The notes under the pieces: generated by a model
What the model saw: the letters and a program-made list of their open reading frames with translations, nothing else
The model's database searches: none
Told to the model about the DNA's origin: nothing
Position numbers and translations under genes: made by a program
In this document: one piece after another, positions 9,704-19,090 of the stretch
How positions within the stretch are numbered: position 1 is the stretch's first letter
How the letters are laid out: every line of letters begins with the position of its first letter
Assembly (NCBI GenBank): GCA_050260105.1
Contig: JBLNBR010000035.1
Span: 7,224-71,223 of the forward strand
Direction of reading: 5' to 3'
Source of the DNA: Ignavibacteriales bacterium
Lineage (GTDB): Bacteria > Bacillota > Sulfobacillia > JABLXB01
DNA: 64,000 bases

Positions 9704-10420
9704 CTACCTCCGAATCATGGGGTCATTGTCGTCCTGCCGCGGCCCGACAGGTATTCCCAGTTTGCGCATGCCCTGGATCAGCGCGACGCCGACCACGGCC
9801 GCGCCGAGGGAGAAGATTGCCCGCTCCACGGGGGACACCAGTACGAGCAGCTTCCACACGGTAGCGGGGATCCGTACCAGGAGGATGCCCAGGTAGTTGC
9901 CAACCGCCGCTGCCCCCACGAACCCCGCGAAAGCGCACAACCATATCCCGACACCCGCCACCGCGGCGTTCTGGGAAGTTACCCAGGCGCTGCCCCAGAT
10001 TGAACCGGTGAACACCGCAATGAGTCCAAGGCTGTAGTAGATGAACGGGAACACCGCGGCCTGACGGCCTATCGAGGTGGTGTACCACAGGATCCAGCCC
10101 AGCACGATGACGCCCGCGGCCGGCGCCCAGCGCCTCCGGGAGACGCTGCCGGCCACGTAGGCATTGGTCGTACCGATCACGAACGTCGCCACTCCCAGCC
10201 AGGCGGTGTGTGGCGCGATGAACTGGCCGACTATCTGGCCTATGGCCGCGCACAGCGCGCCCTTCCGGGGACCAAAGAACACGCCCGCGAGGGGGATGAG
10301 CGCCGATGCCAGGCTGAACGTCCCCCCGGTGAAGGCGATCGGCACGGTCGGGACAATACTTACGGCCGCGATTAACGCGGCCCAGACTGCGATGACCGAT
10401 GGATGGACTTGTTCGTTCAA
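9704..10420 (-). CDS. Polytopic membrane protein, putative ECF-transporter substrate (S) component of unknown specificity
   Basis: 238 aa with about 6 hydrophobic segments. It is the last gene of the ecfT-ecfA-ecfA' cluster with a 3-nt gap. I recognise no S-component family signature. Confidence 0.5.
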   Translation of the reverse strand: MNEQVHPSVIAVWAALIAAVSIVPTVPIAFTGGTFSLASALIPLAGVFFGPRKGALCAAIGQIVGQFIAPHTAWLGVATFVIGTTNAYVAGSVSRRRWAPAAGVIVLGWILWYTTSIGRQAAVFPFIYYSLGLIAVFTGSIWGSAWVTSQNAAVAGVGIWLCAFAGFVGAAAVGNYLGILLVRIPATVWKLLVLVSPVERAIFSLGAAVVGVALIQGMRKLGIPVGPRQDDNDPMIRR

Positions 10421-10423
10421 ATC

Positions 10424-11275
10424 TCAACTCACTCCCTTGCGGATCCGGCGAAGCTCCGACCTCACGTACTCCTCTTCAACCTTCGACGCGAGCTCCTCCA
10501 CTGTCAGCGCCGTATCCTGGCCGTCCAGGACCTCCCTGTCTAGTCGCACCACCTGCGGCGGGATCATGCCGATCTGTTTGAGGAGTCCGGGTCTCGACAT
10601 GAGCCACCTCGTCGGCCCGTTGACCTTCACCGCCCCCGAATCCAGCACGACAATCCTCTGGGCGTTCTCGGCGACAGTCTCCGTGTTGTGCGTCGCTATC
10701 AGCACCGCACCGCCCGCCGACGCGTAGTGCCTCATTATCGAGGCCAGGTCCCTCAATCCCCTGTAGTCGAGGCCGGTGGTGGGCTCGTCCAGCATCAGAA
10801 TCGAAGGCTTCATGGCCAGGGCGGCGGCGATCACAACTCGCATCCTGTCGCCCCTGGAAAGGGACATCGGGAATTCGTTCTCGCGCCCTCTCAAGCCAAC
10901 CAGCCCGATGGCTTCCGCGGTCCTTTCGGCGACCCTTCTCCGGTCAAGCCCCGAGTTTCTTGGTCCGAACCCAATTTCCTCCCTCACAGTCTGGGAAAAT
11001 AGCTGGACGTCCGGATTCTGCAGTACAAGGGCGGCAACCCGTGAGATCTGAGAGACGGTCATGGTGGAGGTGTCCCGGCCCCCGATTTCGATGTGCCCCG
11101 AATAGGGGCCCAGCAGGCCTGCTATCACCTTGAACAGGGTGGTCTTGCCGGAGCCGTTCTGCCCGACCACCGCTACAGTCTCGCCCGCGCGCAGTCCGAG
11201 ATCCACCCCGTCGAGAGCGACGACGCCGGTAGGATAGGCAAACCGCAGATTGACCGCCCTCAGCACAGGCTCCAC
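10424..11275 (-). CDS. ecfA2: ECF transporter ATPase (EcfA2-like ABC ATP-binding protein)
   Basis: Walker A GQNGSGKTT, signature LSRGDR and Walker B ILMLDEPT. Confidence 0.85.
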   Translation of the reverse strand: MEPVLRAVNLRFAYPTGVVALDGVDLGLRAGETVAVVGQNGSGKTTLFKVIAGLLGPYSGHIEIGGRDTSTMTVSQISRVAALVLQNPDVQLFSQTVREEIGFGPRNSGLDRRRVAERTAEAIGLVGLRGRENEFPMSLSRGDRMRVVIAAALAMKPSILMLDEPTTGLDYRGLRDLASIMRHYASAGGAVLIATHNTETVAENAQRIVVLDSGAVKVNGPTRWLMSRPGLLKQIGMIPPQVVRLDREVLDGQDTALTVEELASKVEEEYVRSELRRIRKGVS

Positions 11276-11278
11276 GCG

Positions 11279-12127
11279 TCAGTTCCTCCCGCCGAGCAAT
11301 CCCGATAATACTGCCGCGCACTCCCTGAACTTCACAGGGCGCTCCCTGAAGGGCAGCCCCCTTGCCTCCAGAGCCTGGGCAACCCGCAGGGTCTGGGGGC
11401 ACCCGACCATCGAGGCGAGCCTCGCACCGGAGAATACGTCCCCCGGCCTTCCTTCACCTGCCAATCTCCCTTCATCCAGGACGAATAGCCTGTCGGCCCG
11501 CTCCGCGACCCTCTCCACGTCGTTGGTCGCGACTATCACGGTCAGGCCGTTCTCCCTCTGGAGGCGCGAGATCACCTCGAAGATGGCATCGGCGCCGGCC
11601 GAGTCTATTTGCGACGTCGGCTCGTCCAGCACAAGCACGTCGGGTCTCGTCGCCAGGGCGGCGGCTATGGTGAGCCTCTGCTTCTGTCCGCTGGACAGCT
11701 CTGACGGCCTGCGGTCCTTTAACCCCTTGAGCCCAACCACGCCGAGAGCCCATTCGGTCGCCTCGATTATCTCCCCGGGCTGCCAGCCCAGGTTCTCCGG
11801 TCCGAAAGCCACCTCAGAGTACACGTCGTCGGTGAACAACTGAACGTCGGGATCCTCCAGGACCATGCCGACCCTCTGGGCAAGCCAGGCCACGGAGCGG
11901 GTGCGGGTGTCACAGCCAAGCACGTGGACCCGTCCCTCCATCCTGCCCGCGAAGCTGCGGGGGATGGTGCCGTTGATGAGGCGCAGGAACGTGGTCTTGC
12001 CCGATCCGGTGCCGCCCATCACGGCGGCGAACTCGCCCGCCTCCACCCTGGCCGAGACGCCGTCGAGCGCGGGCGCGGGCGCGTCTGGGTACCAATATGA
12101 GACATTCTGCACCTCAACGACAGTCAC
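11279..12127 (-). CDS. ecfA1: ECF transporter ATPase (EcfA1-like ABC ATP-binding protein)
   Basis: Walker A GGTGSGKTT, signature LSSGQKQR and Walker B VLVLDEPT. The GTG at 12127 forms a GTGA overlap with the ecfT stop. The maximal ORF reaches 12265. Confidence 0.85.
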   Translation of the reverse strand: MTVVEVQNVSYWYPDAPAPALDGVSARVEAGEFAAVMGGTGSGKTTFLRLINGTIPRSFAGRMEGRVHVLGCDTRTRSVAWLAQRVGMVLEDPDVQLFTDDVYSEVAFGPENLGWQPGEIIEATEWALGVVGLKGLKDRRPSELSSGQKQRLTIAAALATRPDVLVLDEPTSQIDSAGADAIFEVISRLQRENGLTVIVATNDVERVAERADRLFVLDEGRLAGEGRPGDVFSGARLASMVGCPQTLRVAQALEARGLPFRERPVKFRECAAVLSGLLGGRN

Positions 12128-12930
12128 GCTGCAACCCCCAGCAACTCCGGCCCCCAGTAGCTCCAGGCGGCCACGGAAATCGTCACGGCGGCGCACACAA
12201 GCACAAACGCCCAGTCTATCGCTTTCATGGATATCTGCCTGATGAACGTCCTCCGCACATCGCACCCGAACGCCCTCGAATCCATGGCGACCCCCATCAG
12301 GTGAGCCTTCCTTATGGAGTTCACCCCGAGGGGCACCGCGATGGACACGTACCCCCGCAACCGGCCTGCGATGCCCCTGCTTTCGAGCGATGTCGCCCCC
12401 CGGAGCAGCTGTGCCTGGATCATGGACTCGGCTTCATCCTTGATCGACGGCACCATGTTGAGGGCGGCCGTGGCAAGGAAAGACGTGGTGTACGGAACGC
12501 CCATCCGGACCAGCCCCAGGGACAGGCAGCCGGCGGAGGTGGTTTGGGTCAATAGCGGGAGCGCCAACAGGAGCGCCAGCAGCCTGCCTGTGGAAAGGAC
12601 GCCCCAGTAGACACCCTCCGCGGTGATCGTGCCCGTTCCTCCGAGCAAAGGAACCCACCGGGGAACCACGGGCGAGACCAGAACGCTTGAACCGGGGTAC
12701 CACAAGGATTGGGTAACGATGAGAAACAGGCCTATCACCCTGACCAGCCTGAGGTATCCCGAGGCGATGTGGAATGGAAGGCCGCTGGCGATCCAGAGCG
12801 CCGTGATGAACGCCAGGAGCACGAGAACAGCCTCGATCTTAACCGCCACAAACGCCGCGAGACTCAAGAGGATAACAGCCACTATCTTGGACCTGGGGTC
12901 CAGACGGTGAAGGAACCCGTTCCTCTCCAT
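12124..12930 (-). CDS. ecfT: ECF transporter transmembrane component EcfT (CbiQ family)
   Basis: N-terminus MERNGFLHRLDPRSKI is typical of CbiQ/EcfT. The ATG at 12930 is preceded by AAAGGAGGG with an 8-nt spacer. The maximal ORF (TTG at 12960) would run into the terminator. Confidence 0.85.
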   Translation of the reverse strand: MERNGFLHRLDPRSKIVAVILLSLAAFVAVKIEAVLVLLAFITALWIASGLPFHIASGYLRLVRVIGLFLIVTQSLWYPGSSVLVSPVVPRWVPLLGGTGTITAEGVYWGVLSTGRLLALLLALPLLTQTTSAGCLSLGLVRMGVPYTTSFLATAALNMVPSIKDEAESMIQAQLLRGATSLESRGIAGRLRGYVSIAVPLGVNSIRKAHLMGVAMDSRAFGCDVRRTFIRQISMKAIDWAFVLVCAAVTISVAAWSYWGPELLGVAA

Positions 12931-12958
12931 GGCTGTTGCCCTCCTTTCGTCAACTGCC

Positions 12959-12983
12959 AAAACCGGCCCGCAAAGCGGACCGG
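12959..12983 (-). terminator. Rho-independent terminator after the XRE-cupin gene
   Basis: The minus strand reads CCGGTCCGC-TTT-GCGGGCCGG followed by TTTT. This is a 9-bp GC-rich stem with one G-U pair. Confidence 0.6.
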
Positions 12984-13017
12984 CTGCCGGTACTCCTATT
13001 ACTCTCCGACGATGACG

Positions 13018-13554
13018 CTAGAATGTCGGCGGGGTAATAACCATGATGAACTGCAGAGTCCCGGCGCCTACATTGGTTAGCTTGTGCGGCAACGAGCAGA
13101 AATAGTAAGCACTATCTCCACGCTGGAGATGGTGCGTTTCCATCCCGAGTTCGATGTCGGCCGAACCCTCGAGTACGATTATGCACTCCTCGCCGGGGTG
13201 CGTCAAAGGCACATCACAGGTGGCCGCTCCCGGGGCCAGATTCCCTATTACTACCTCCATTTTCCGGTTCAAGTCCGGTGACAGCAGCTCATACGCCATA
13301 TGGGATTCCGGAAGGCGGAGCACCTTCCGTGCGTTGTGCCGTACAACAGGGGATTCCTCCATAGAGTCGAGCAGAAAGTAGAATATCGGGACTTCAAGCG
13401 CCTGAGCTATTCTCCGCAACGATGTGATCGACGGCTCTGCGAGATCCCGCTCAACCTGGCTCAGGAAACTCGCCGTGAGGCCCGCCCTGTCGGCGACCTC
13501 ACGGAGACTGAGGCCGTTCTCCAGCCTCTTCGATCTGATCCTGCCCCCGAGCAC
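13018..13554 (-). CDS. XRE-family HTH transcriptional regulator with a C-terminal cupin domain
   Basis: LSLREVADRAGLTASFLSQVERD is an HTH_3 motif. The C-terminal region GEECIIVLEGSADIELG...GDSAYY is cupin-like. The GTG start is preceded by GGGAGGGG. Confidence 0.85.
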   Translation of the reverse strand: MLGGRIRSKRLENGLSLREVADRAGLTASFLSQVERDLAEPSITSLRRIAQALEVPIFYFLLDSMEESPVVRHNARKVLRLPESHMAYELLSPDLNRKMEVVIGNLAPGAATCDVPLTHPGEECIIVLEGSADIELGMETHHLQRGDSAYYFCSLPHKLTNVGAGTLQFIMVITPPTF

Positions 13555-13629
13555 TCAATCCCCTCCCATGCTCCCAACCAGATAGATCTTCATTATGTGT
13601 TCTATACCAGTCCCGTTGTTCCTTCTCTA

Positions 13630-15924
13630 TCACGGGGTTTGGGTGCTCTCACGATCCATTACGTTCCGGGCGCGCCGAGTTCTGGAACAGACCCTTCTCT
13701 CCAGCAGATCCCTGACCCCTCTTCCAACGGCGGCCGCCTCACGATGGTCGAGACCCAGGCACACCAGCACCGCCTCGTCGAGGGCCGCCCTGTCGGGAAG
13801 ACCCATTTCCATGGAGACAGGCGACACCGGCCTTCTCCGGAGCGCCCCGAAAGCCGACACCATTTCGCGGATTGCCCCTGGATCCATCGGCCGCGGATCG
13901 GGGATGGGCAGGCCGCGTACCTCATACACCTTGGTGTCGAGCGGGCCGCCGCCGCCCCCGTAGGTCCTGCACGAACACTCGGCCGCCAGCCAGGTCACGC
14001 TGGAGTTCAGTATCGCGGCGAGAACCACCGGATCGATGCCCTCCGCCGGATACACGCCGTAAAGTCGCGCATCGATGAGGGCCCCGGCGTTCAACGCCGC
14101 GAAGAATCGCTCGCGTATGGTCATGGCCCACACGATGCCGGGTGGCGCCGGGCGCTCCAGGCGCCACCACAGGGACCGCGCCGAACACGTGGGCCTCGAA
14201 TCGAACCCGCGTTTGACTCCCCATCCTATGAATTCGTCGAGACCAGCCGGAATGTTTACCACGCCCGGCGGCGCCGGCGCCCCTTCCGCCACGAAAACGC
14301 GATATTTCAGATACTCGAGTCCGATTTCGTACCCCCGCACCTCCCTGGGCGATCTGATCACCGGCAGCAGCATCCCCGCGGGGATTTCGAACTCCCTCCC
14401 CCCCGGCGGTTCCCCGGAAGGTCTCGCCCTGAGGTACCCCGGCCGCCGGGCCTCTCCAGGACACTCAACGTAGAAGAACCCGTTGGCGCCGGTGGTGAAC
14501 CCCCTTCTCACAGTGGCGATGTCCGCCAGCCTGCACAAGCGCCCCGCGTTTGCCTGAAAGACGGCGTCGAGGGGTTCCTCATCGAAAAGCCTGCCCCACT
14601 TGGCGGACGCCAGCGCGCCGGCGGTCACTATCCGGGCGGAAAACGCCCCGGCGCCACCCGCGTCCCTAGTGGCGGGCCGTCTTGTTCCCCCGGGACACGC
14701 GGCGTCCGCGAGCAGGTCCCAGGGGGTGTCCGCCAGGGGTCTCTCCAGCGTGAGCATCGCGGTGGGCGCCCCCGGGGCCTCCTTGGCAAGGAGGACGATG
14801 CCGGCGTCGACGCTGGCCCCCGGGAACCACCGTTCCACCCTCGACCGGATGACCGCCCGCACCTGGAAGCGTTCCCGTAGGTAGCGTTGCACGCCCCTTC
14901 CGTACCCGACGTCCATCCACGTGGTAGGGCATATCACGGCGGCCACGCCTCCAGGCTTGAGGAGGCGCTCCACCAGGGCGAAAAAGTACACATACAGGTC
15001 GGACCTGGGGGAAAACCCAGGGTACTCCCTTTGGAGGCGCGACTTGAGTTCGGCCGTCAGGAGTTCGTGCCTGACATAGGGCGGATTCAGCAGCGCGATA
15101 TCGTACCCGCCGCCGGACACTCCGCTGCCGCGGTGCGAACCCCAATCGCCGGAGAGGCTGTCCGCGCATTCGATGTTCGCCCTCAGCCCGGCGGGGCATG
15201 CCCCGGCGGAAGCCCTCGTCCAGAGCCTGTACCGGCAGGCGGCGACAGCGACCGCATCCGAGTCGGCGCCGTACAGGCTGCCGGAAATGACGCGGAAAAG
15301 GGCGGCCGGCCCCGGGCCCCGCCCGGCGCACAGTCCGGTCAGTCCGTCCAGCGATCCCAGGAGAAACGCCCCAGAACCGCAGGCGGGATCCACTATCCGG
15401 ATCCCGTCGAGAAACGGGGCGACCATTTCAGTGACGCGTGGCGTCGGACTCGCTCCACCGACCCATTGCCGCAGGTCATCAGCGATCGAAGGGGCCCTTT
15501 CCGCCAGGAACGCGCACAGCGCGAGGCGAGCCATCAACCGCACCGCCCTGGCGGCGGTGTAGTACCTCCCCTCCAACCTCCTCCGCGAGCGGTCCCCCCG
15601 CGACTCGACAAGGGCTTCGAGACTGTCCCCATCCGGCGCCTCCGCGGCATCCTCCCACGCCGAGATCGCGGATTCCAGCGGAAGATCCAGGGCCGGGCCC
15701 TCGAGGGGCGTCGTTGCGGGGCCGCGTCCGGAGAGCAGCATGGCAGCCGTGCGGTCAAGCGACAGATTCGCGGCGCACCGCACGTATTCGCAGAAATCCG
15801 CGGCGGTCTCCTCTACGGCGCAGGCAGGGCACCCACCCGGCTCAAACATCGAGCACAGGCCTCCCCGGGGCGGCCCGCCCGCGAGCAGGCGCAGGAACCG
15901 CGCCCTGACCTTGATCAGGGCCAT
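13630..15924 (-). CDS. Gamma-class N6-adenine DNA methyltransferase-like protein with a C-terminal target-recognition-like region (paralogue B)
   Basis: Motif I IVDPACGSGAFLL and motif IV LLNPPYVRHE, then TTGANGFFYV and a long C-terminal domain. It is collinear with the upstream paralogue. The maximal ORF starts at 16011 and overlaps the upstream gene, so the ATG at 15924 is preferred. Confidence 0.75.
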   Translation of the reverse strand: MALIKVRARFLRLLAGGPPRGGLCSMFEPGGCPACAVEETAADFCEYVRCAANLSLDRTAAMLLSGRGPATTPLEGPALDLPLESAISAWEDAAEAPDGDSLEALVESRGDRSRRRLEGRYYTAARAVRLMARLALCAFLAERAPSIADDLRQWVGGASPTPRVTEMVAPFLDGIRIVDPACGSGAFLLGSLDGLTGLCAGRGPGPAALFRVISGSLYGADSDAVAVAACRYRLWTRASAGACPAGLRANIECADSLSGDWGSHRGSGVSGGGYDIALLNPPYVRHELLTAELKSRLQREYPGFSPRSDLYVYFFALVERLLKPGGVAAVICPTTWMDVGYGRGVQRYLRERFQVRAVIRSRVERWFPGASVDAGIVLLAKEAPGAPTAMLTLERPLADTPWDLLADAACPGGTRRPATRDAGGAGAFSARIVTAGALASAKWGRLFDEEPLDAVFQANAGRLCRLADIATVRRGFTTGANGFFYVECPGEARRPGYLRARPSGEPPGGREFEIPAGMLLPVIRSPREVRGYEIGLEYLKYRVFVAEGAPAPPGVVNIPAGLDEFIGWGVKRGFDSRPTCSARSLWWRLERPAPPGIVWAMTIRERFFAALNAGALIDARLYGVYPAEGIDPVVLAAILNSSVTWLAAECSCRTYGGGGGPLDTKVYEVRGLPIPDPRPMDPGAIREMVSAFGALRRRPVSPVSMEMGLPDRAALDEAVLVCLGLDHREAAAVGRGVRDLLERRVCSRTRRARNVMDRESTQTP

Positions 15925-15953
15925 CGCGCTGGACCGGTCCTGCCCCAACACTT

Positions 15954-18017
15954 TCAGCAAATCACCCTCCTGGACTTGGATATCCGCTGTCTCACCATCG
16001 TGGCGACGCATTCCCCGATCTCGGCGGCGAGAGTCTCCGCCTCCGGCATAGCATACCCCGCCATGTGCAGGACCGCGACATCAAGGCGCCTCCGGTCTTC
16101 GAGTCGCACTTCGTGCATAATGTCCAGCATGTCCCTGCGCAAGAGCCCCCGCATCGCCTCCGACAAGAACCTGCGCCGGCTGCCATCGAGACGCCTGACA
16201 TCGAGAACCGGCAGGCACTCCACCTCGTAGATCTTGATGTCGAGGAGCGGCAGGCTTCCCGTCATCGGGCGCCCGTTGACCTCGGTGAACAACCAGGTGC
16301 ACGTGGCGTTAAGCACGGCCGCAAGTTCGAGAGGATCAATGCCCTCCCTCGCCCTGATCCCGTAAAGCCTTGCGTCATAGAGGCACTTCGGATCGTTCAG
16401 CACCACACCCATCCTGCTCCCCCAGGACATCGAATACAACATGTCGGCGGGGGGCTGCGGTATCCGGTACCATGGTCGCCTGTTCCTGCACGTGGGGCGC
16501 GACGAATAGCCCATGTCGACGCCCATCCGGACGTAGGCCTGCGCGAATCCCGCCACGTCCAGCGGGTCCGCGCCGCCGTCCAGGTCCACAGTCAGGGCCC
16601 ACAGACCGATGTCCCGCGGGTCGACTCGGTAGCCATTGACGTCACGCAGGGACTTCACGACCGGTCTCAGGAGTCCGGCTTCGATGAGGACGGCCTGAGC
16701 GGTCTCCGATGCCCCGAGGGGCTTCATCGCCCGCACGGCCCCGCTCCCCGCGGACGCCAGCAGTCGTCGTCCCTCGGGTGTGGCGGCGGCGTCCCTGAGG
16801 TAGAAGAAATCGTTAGCCCCCGTCTTTGTGCCGAACGAGACAGTGGCGAGATCGATCAGCCCGCAGAACCCCGGCGTCCTGCCGCTCATGATATCGCCGG
16901 CCAGGCTGAAGTACACGCGGGGCGCCCTGAAGTACACCCCCCACTTGTCAGCCGGCCTGAGCGACGACTGCGGCACCGTGACTGTCCTGGAACCGCCCCC
17001 GTCCGTGTTGATGAACCGGACCATTGAGACCGTTTCGTCCGGGCGCCGCCGCTTCTTCATCACTGTTATCTGCGCGTTTATTGACGCCTGGGGAAACCAT
17101 CGCGTGTCGCCCGAGGCCAGCACCGATCTTATTTCGAAGTTGTCCAGGAGGAATTGCTTCACCTTCGATCCGTATGCAACGTCCATCCAGGAAACGGGCG
17201 TCACGAACACCCCGACCCCGCCCGGCCTCAACAGTCTGCCGGCCAGCATGAAGAACCGCGCGTACACGTCGGTTCTTCCCCCGAGGCCCGCATATTTCCT
17301 GGCAAGAGCCGCCTTCCTGGCGGCGCCGACCAGTTCTTGCCTCACGTATGGGGGATTCGCCACAAACAAGTCGAAAGAGCCAGGCCTCCCGGGGCCTGAC
17401 GCCCACCATTCATCGTCCTCAAGGAGGCTGTCGCCCGCGAAGACCTTGACACATGGGGGTTCCCATCTGCCGGCGCCGTCCCAACCCGCCAGGGACCACA
17501 GCCACGCGGACGCCTTTGCGGCACGCACACAGGACTCGTCCAGATCGACGCCGCGCACTCGCCCCACCGCCCAGCCGCGCAGGTCCCCCGCGGCCCCCGC
17601 GAGTTCCGAGGCCATTGCCAGGACGAATGCCCCACCCCCCACGGCCGGATCCACGATCGAGACCGACGCGTCGAACGGACCGTACTCTTCGATAGCCAGC
17701 CTGCACATCAAGCGGGCCAGGGAAGGAAGCGTGCTCACGGCCCCGCGTTCCCTGCCGCCCGGGCCGGGGGTAACGCTCGACAGCGCCCATGCCCAGTCCT
17801 CCGGACCCGAGGACCCGATACCCTCCCGCAGCCACGCAGGGCCGGGCGGGCCGCCGGCGACAGGCCCGAGGAAACCCGGCGGCGGCACACCCAACCTTGA
17901 AGCGAATTCCCCGCACACGATGCCAAGCAGCCTGTCGAAGGTAGGAGAAGTGGCGCTGTTCAAGTATTCCGCGATGAGTGCTGCAGGATCGATCAGAGTC
18001 CCGTCACCTCGCCCCAC
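15954..18017 (-). CDS. Gamma-class N6-adenine DNA methyltransferase-like protein with a C-terminal target-recognition-like region (paralogue A)
   Basis: Motif I IVDPAVGGGAFVL and motif IV VANPPYVRQE, then KTGANDFFYL and a long C-terminal domain. The GTG start at 18017 has only a weak RBS, so the start is uncertain. Confidence 0.75.
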   Translation of the reverse strand: MGRGDGTLIDPAALIAEYLNSATSPTFDRLLGIVCGEFASRLGVPPPGFLGPVAGGPPGPAWLREGIGSSGPEDWAWALSSVTPGPGGRERGAVSTLPSLARLMCRLAIEEYGPFDASVSIVDPAVGGGAFVLAMASELAGAAGDLRGWAVGRVRGVDLDESCVRAAKASAWLWSLAGWDGAGRWEPPCVKVFAGDSLLEDDEWWASGPGRPGSFDLFVANPPYVRQELVGAARKAALARKYAGLGGRTDVYARFFMLAGRLLRPGGVGVFVTPVSWMDVAYGSKVKQFLLDNFEIRSVLASGDTRWFPQASINAQITVMKKRRRPDETVSMVRFINTDGGGSRTVTVPQSSLRPADKWGVYFRAPRVYFSLAGDIMSGRTPGFCGLIDLATVSFGTKTGANDFFYLRDAAATPEGRRLLASAGSGAVRAMKPLGASETAQAVLIEAGLLRPVVKSLRDVNGYRVDPRDIGLWALTVDLDGGADPLDVAGFAQAYVRMGVDMGYSSRPTCRNRRPWYRIPQPPADMLYSMSWGSRMGVVLNDPKCLYDARLYGIRAREGIDPLELAAVLNATCTWLFTEVNGRPMTGSLPLLDIKIYEVECLPVLDVRRLDGSRRRFLSEAMRGLLRRDMLDIMHEVRLEDRRRLDVAVLHMAGYAMPEAETLAAEIGECVATMVRQRISKSRRVIC

Positions 18018-18081
18018 CCCGCATCGCGCAAGAAACCTCAGCCACCGGTATCATTCGGCGGAACAGGTCGTTCCACCTACG

Positions 18082-18111
18082 TGGACAATACCTGCGGGGC
18101 CGGTATAGAAT
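18082..18111 (+). promoter_or_regulatory. Sigma-70-type promoter candidate for the EamA transporter gene
   Basis: TGGACA, then 16-18 nt, then TATAGAAT. It lies about 35 nt upstream of the ATG at 18146. Confidence 0.45.
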
Positions 18112-18145
18112 GAATCGGCATGTACTACGCGGCAGGAGACGGACT

Positions 18146-19090
18146 ATGACACCCAACTCGATGACGGGGTACTTCCACGCCCTGGCGGCGGGCTCGACAT
18201 GGGCGACGACGGGGCTGTTCGTGCGCTACCTGCAGTCGGGCGGCATGGATGCACTCTCCATACTCACCTGGCGTTCCTTGATATCGTCACACGCCATTCT
18301 CCTTGCGTTGTTGCTCTTCAACAGGGGATTGCTGGTGGTCCACAAGGAAGACCGGCCGATGGTGGTCATCGCCGGCGTGACCAGCCTCGTCCTGGGGCAA
18401 TTCACCTTCTTCTACGCCATGGCTCACACCAGGGTGGCCATTGCGGTAATCCTCAACTACACCGCTCCTCTCTGGGTCACCATCATATCGCGGGTGTATT
18501 CAGGCGAACCCGTCACCAGGCGCAAGGCCCTTGCGCTACTCGTATCCGCGAGCGGCCTGGTACTGGTCCTCGGCCTGTACGATCCGTCGTCCATCAGCCT
18601 TGGCTCTGTGCCAGCGCTGGCCGTGGGGCTGGCATCGGGCCTCTTCTACGGAATCCAGACCCTGCTGACCAAGAGGCTGGTGTCCAGGTACCACCCCCTC
18701 ACGGTGAACGGCTGGACGGGATTCGCGGGAGGCTGGGTCCTGCTCGCGATGGCGTGTCTCACCCTTCCCAGGGTCGCGGCGCCCCCTCGTGAGGCCGCCC
18801 TGGCAATGGGACTATTCGCCGTGGGTCCGGGCATCGCGGGTTTCTACATGTTCGGCAGGAGTCTCTCCCTCATACCGGCCACTCACGCCTCGATAACGGC
18901 GATGATAGAGCCGGTGGCTGCGGCCATTCTGGGCTTCCTGGTTCTCGGGGAATCCCTGTCGGCGCTGCAGGTGGCTGGGATGGCGATGGTGCTGGGGGCC
19001 ATCGTGCTCGTCACGACGGACCACTCACCCGCCGGCAGCGGGCAGTATACAGGCCGCCGACGGAAGGACCACGTCGGACATGCCGCGTAG
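18146..19090 (+). CDS. EamA/DMT-superfamily transporter
   Basis: About 10 TM segments with two EamA-like halves. The ATG at 18146 follows AGGAGA with a 6-nt spacer. The maximal ORF (17978) starts inside the divergent methyltransferase gene. Confidence 0.8.
   Translation: MTPNSMTGYFHALAAGSTWATTGLFVRYLQSGGMDALSILTWRSLISSHAILLALLLFNRGLLVVHKEDRPMVVIAGVTSLVLGQFTFFYAMAHTRVAIAVILNYTAPLWVTIISRVYSGEPVTRRKALALLVSASGLVLVLGLYDPSSISLGSVPALAVGLASGLFYGIQTLLTKRLVSRYHPLTVNGWTGFAGGWVLLAMACLTLPRVAAPPREAALAMGLFAVGPGIAGFYMFGRSLSLIPATHASITAMIEPVAAAILGFLVLGESLSALQVAGMAMVLGAIVLVTTDHSPAGSGQYTGRRRKDHVGHAA

Noticed and set aside
9723-10427. Alternative-frame 234-aa ORF over the ECF S-component gene.
   Set aside because: Its composition is Arg/Gly-rich, while the other frame gives a coherent polytopic membrane protein with operon-consistent spacing.
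13300-18108. Very long plus-strand ORFs (526, 447, 320 and 426 aa) antisense to the two methyltransferase genes. They could have been a hidden nuclease partner.
   Set aside because: Their translations are Arg/Pro/Gly-rich and low-complexity with no motifs. This is typical of stop-codon-poor antisense frames in high-GC DNA. The minus-strand frames carry clear methyltransferase motifs.
19025-19090. 66-nt 3'-end overlap of the convergent EamA and HAD genes. Smaller convergent overlaps occur at 8696-8712, 30519-30544 and 51666-51679.
   Set aside because: Both tails are low-information sequence in a compact high-GC genome. There is no evidence of functional antisense coupling, so this is noted only as a feature of gene packing.
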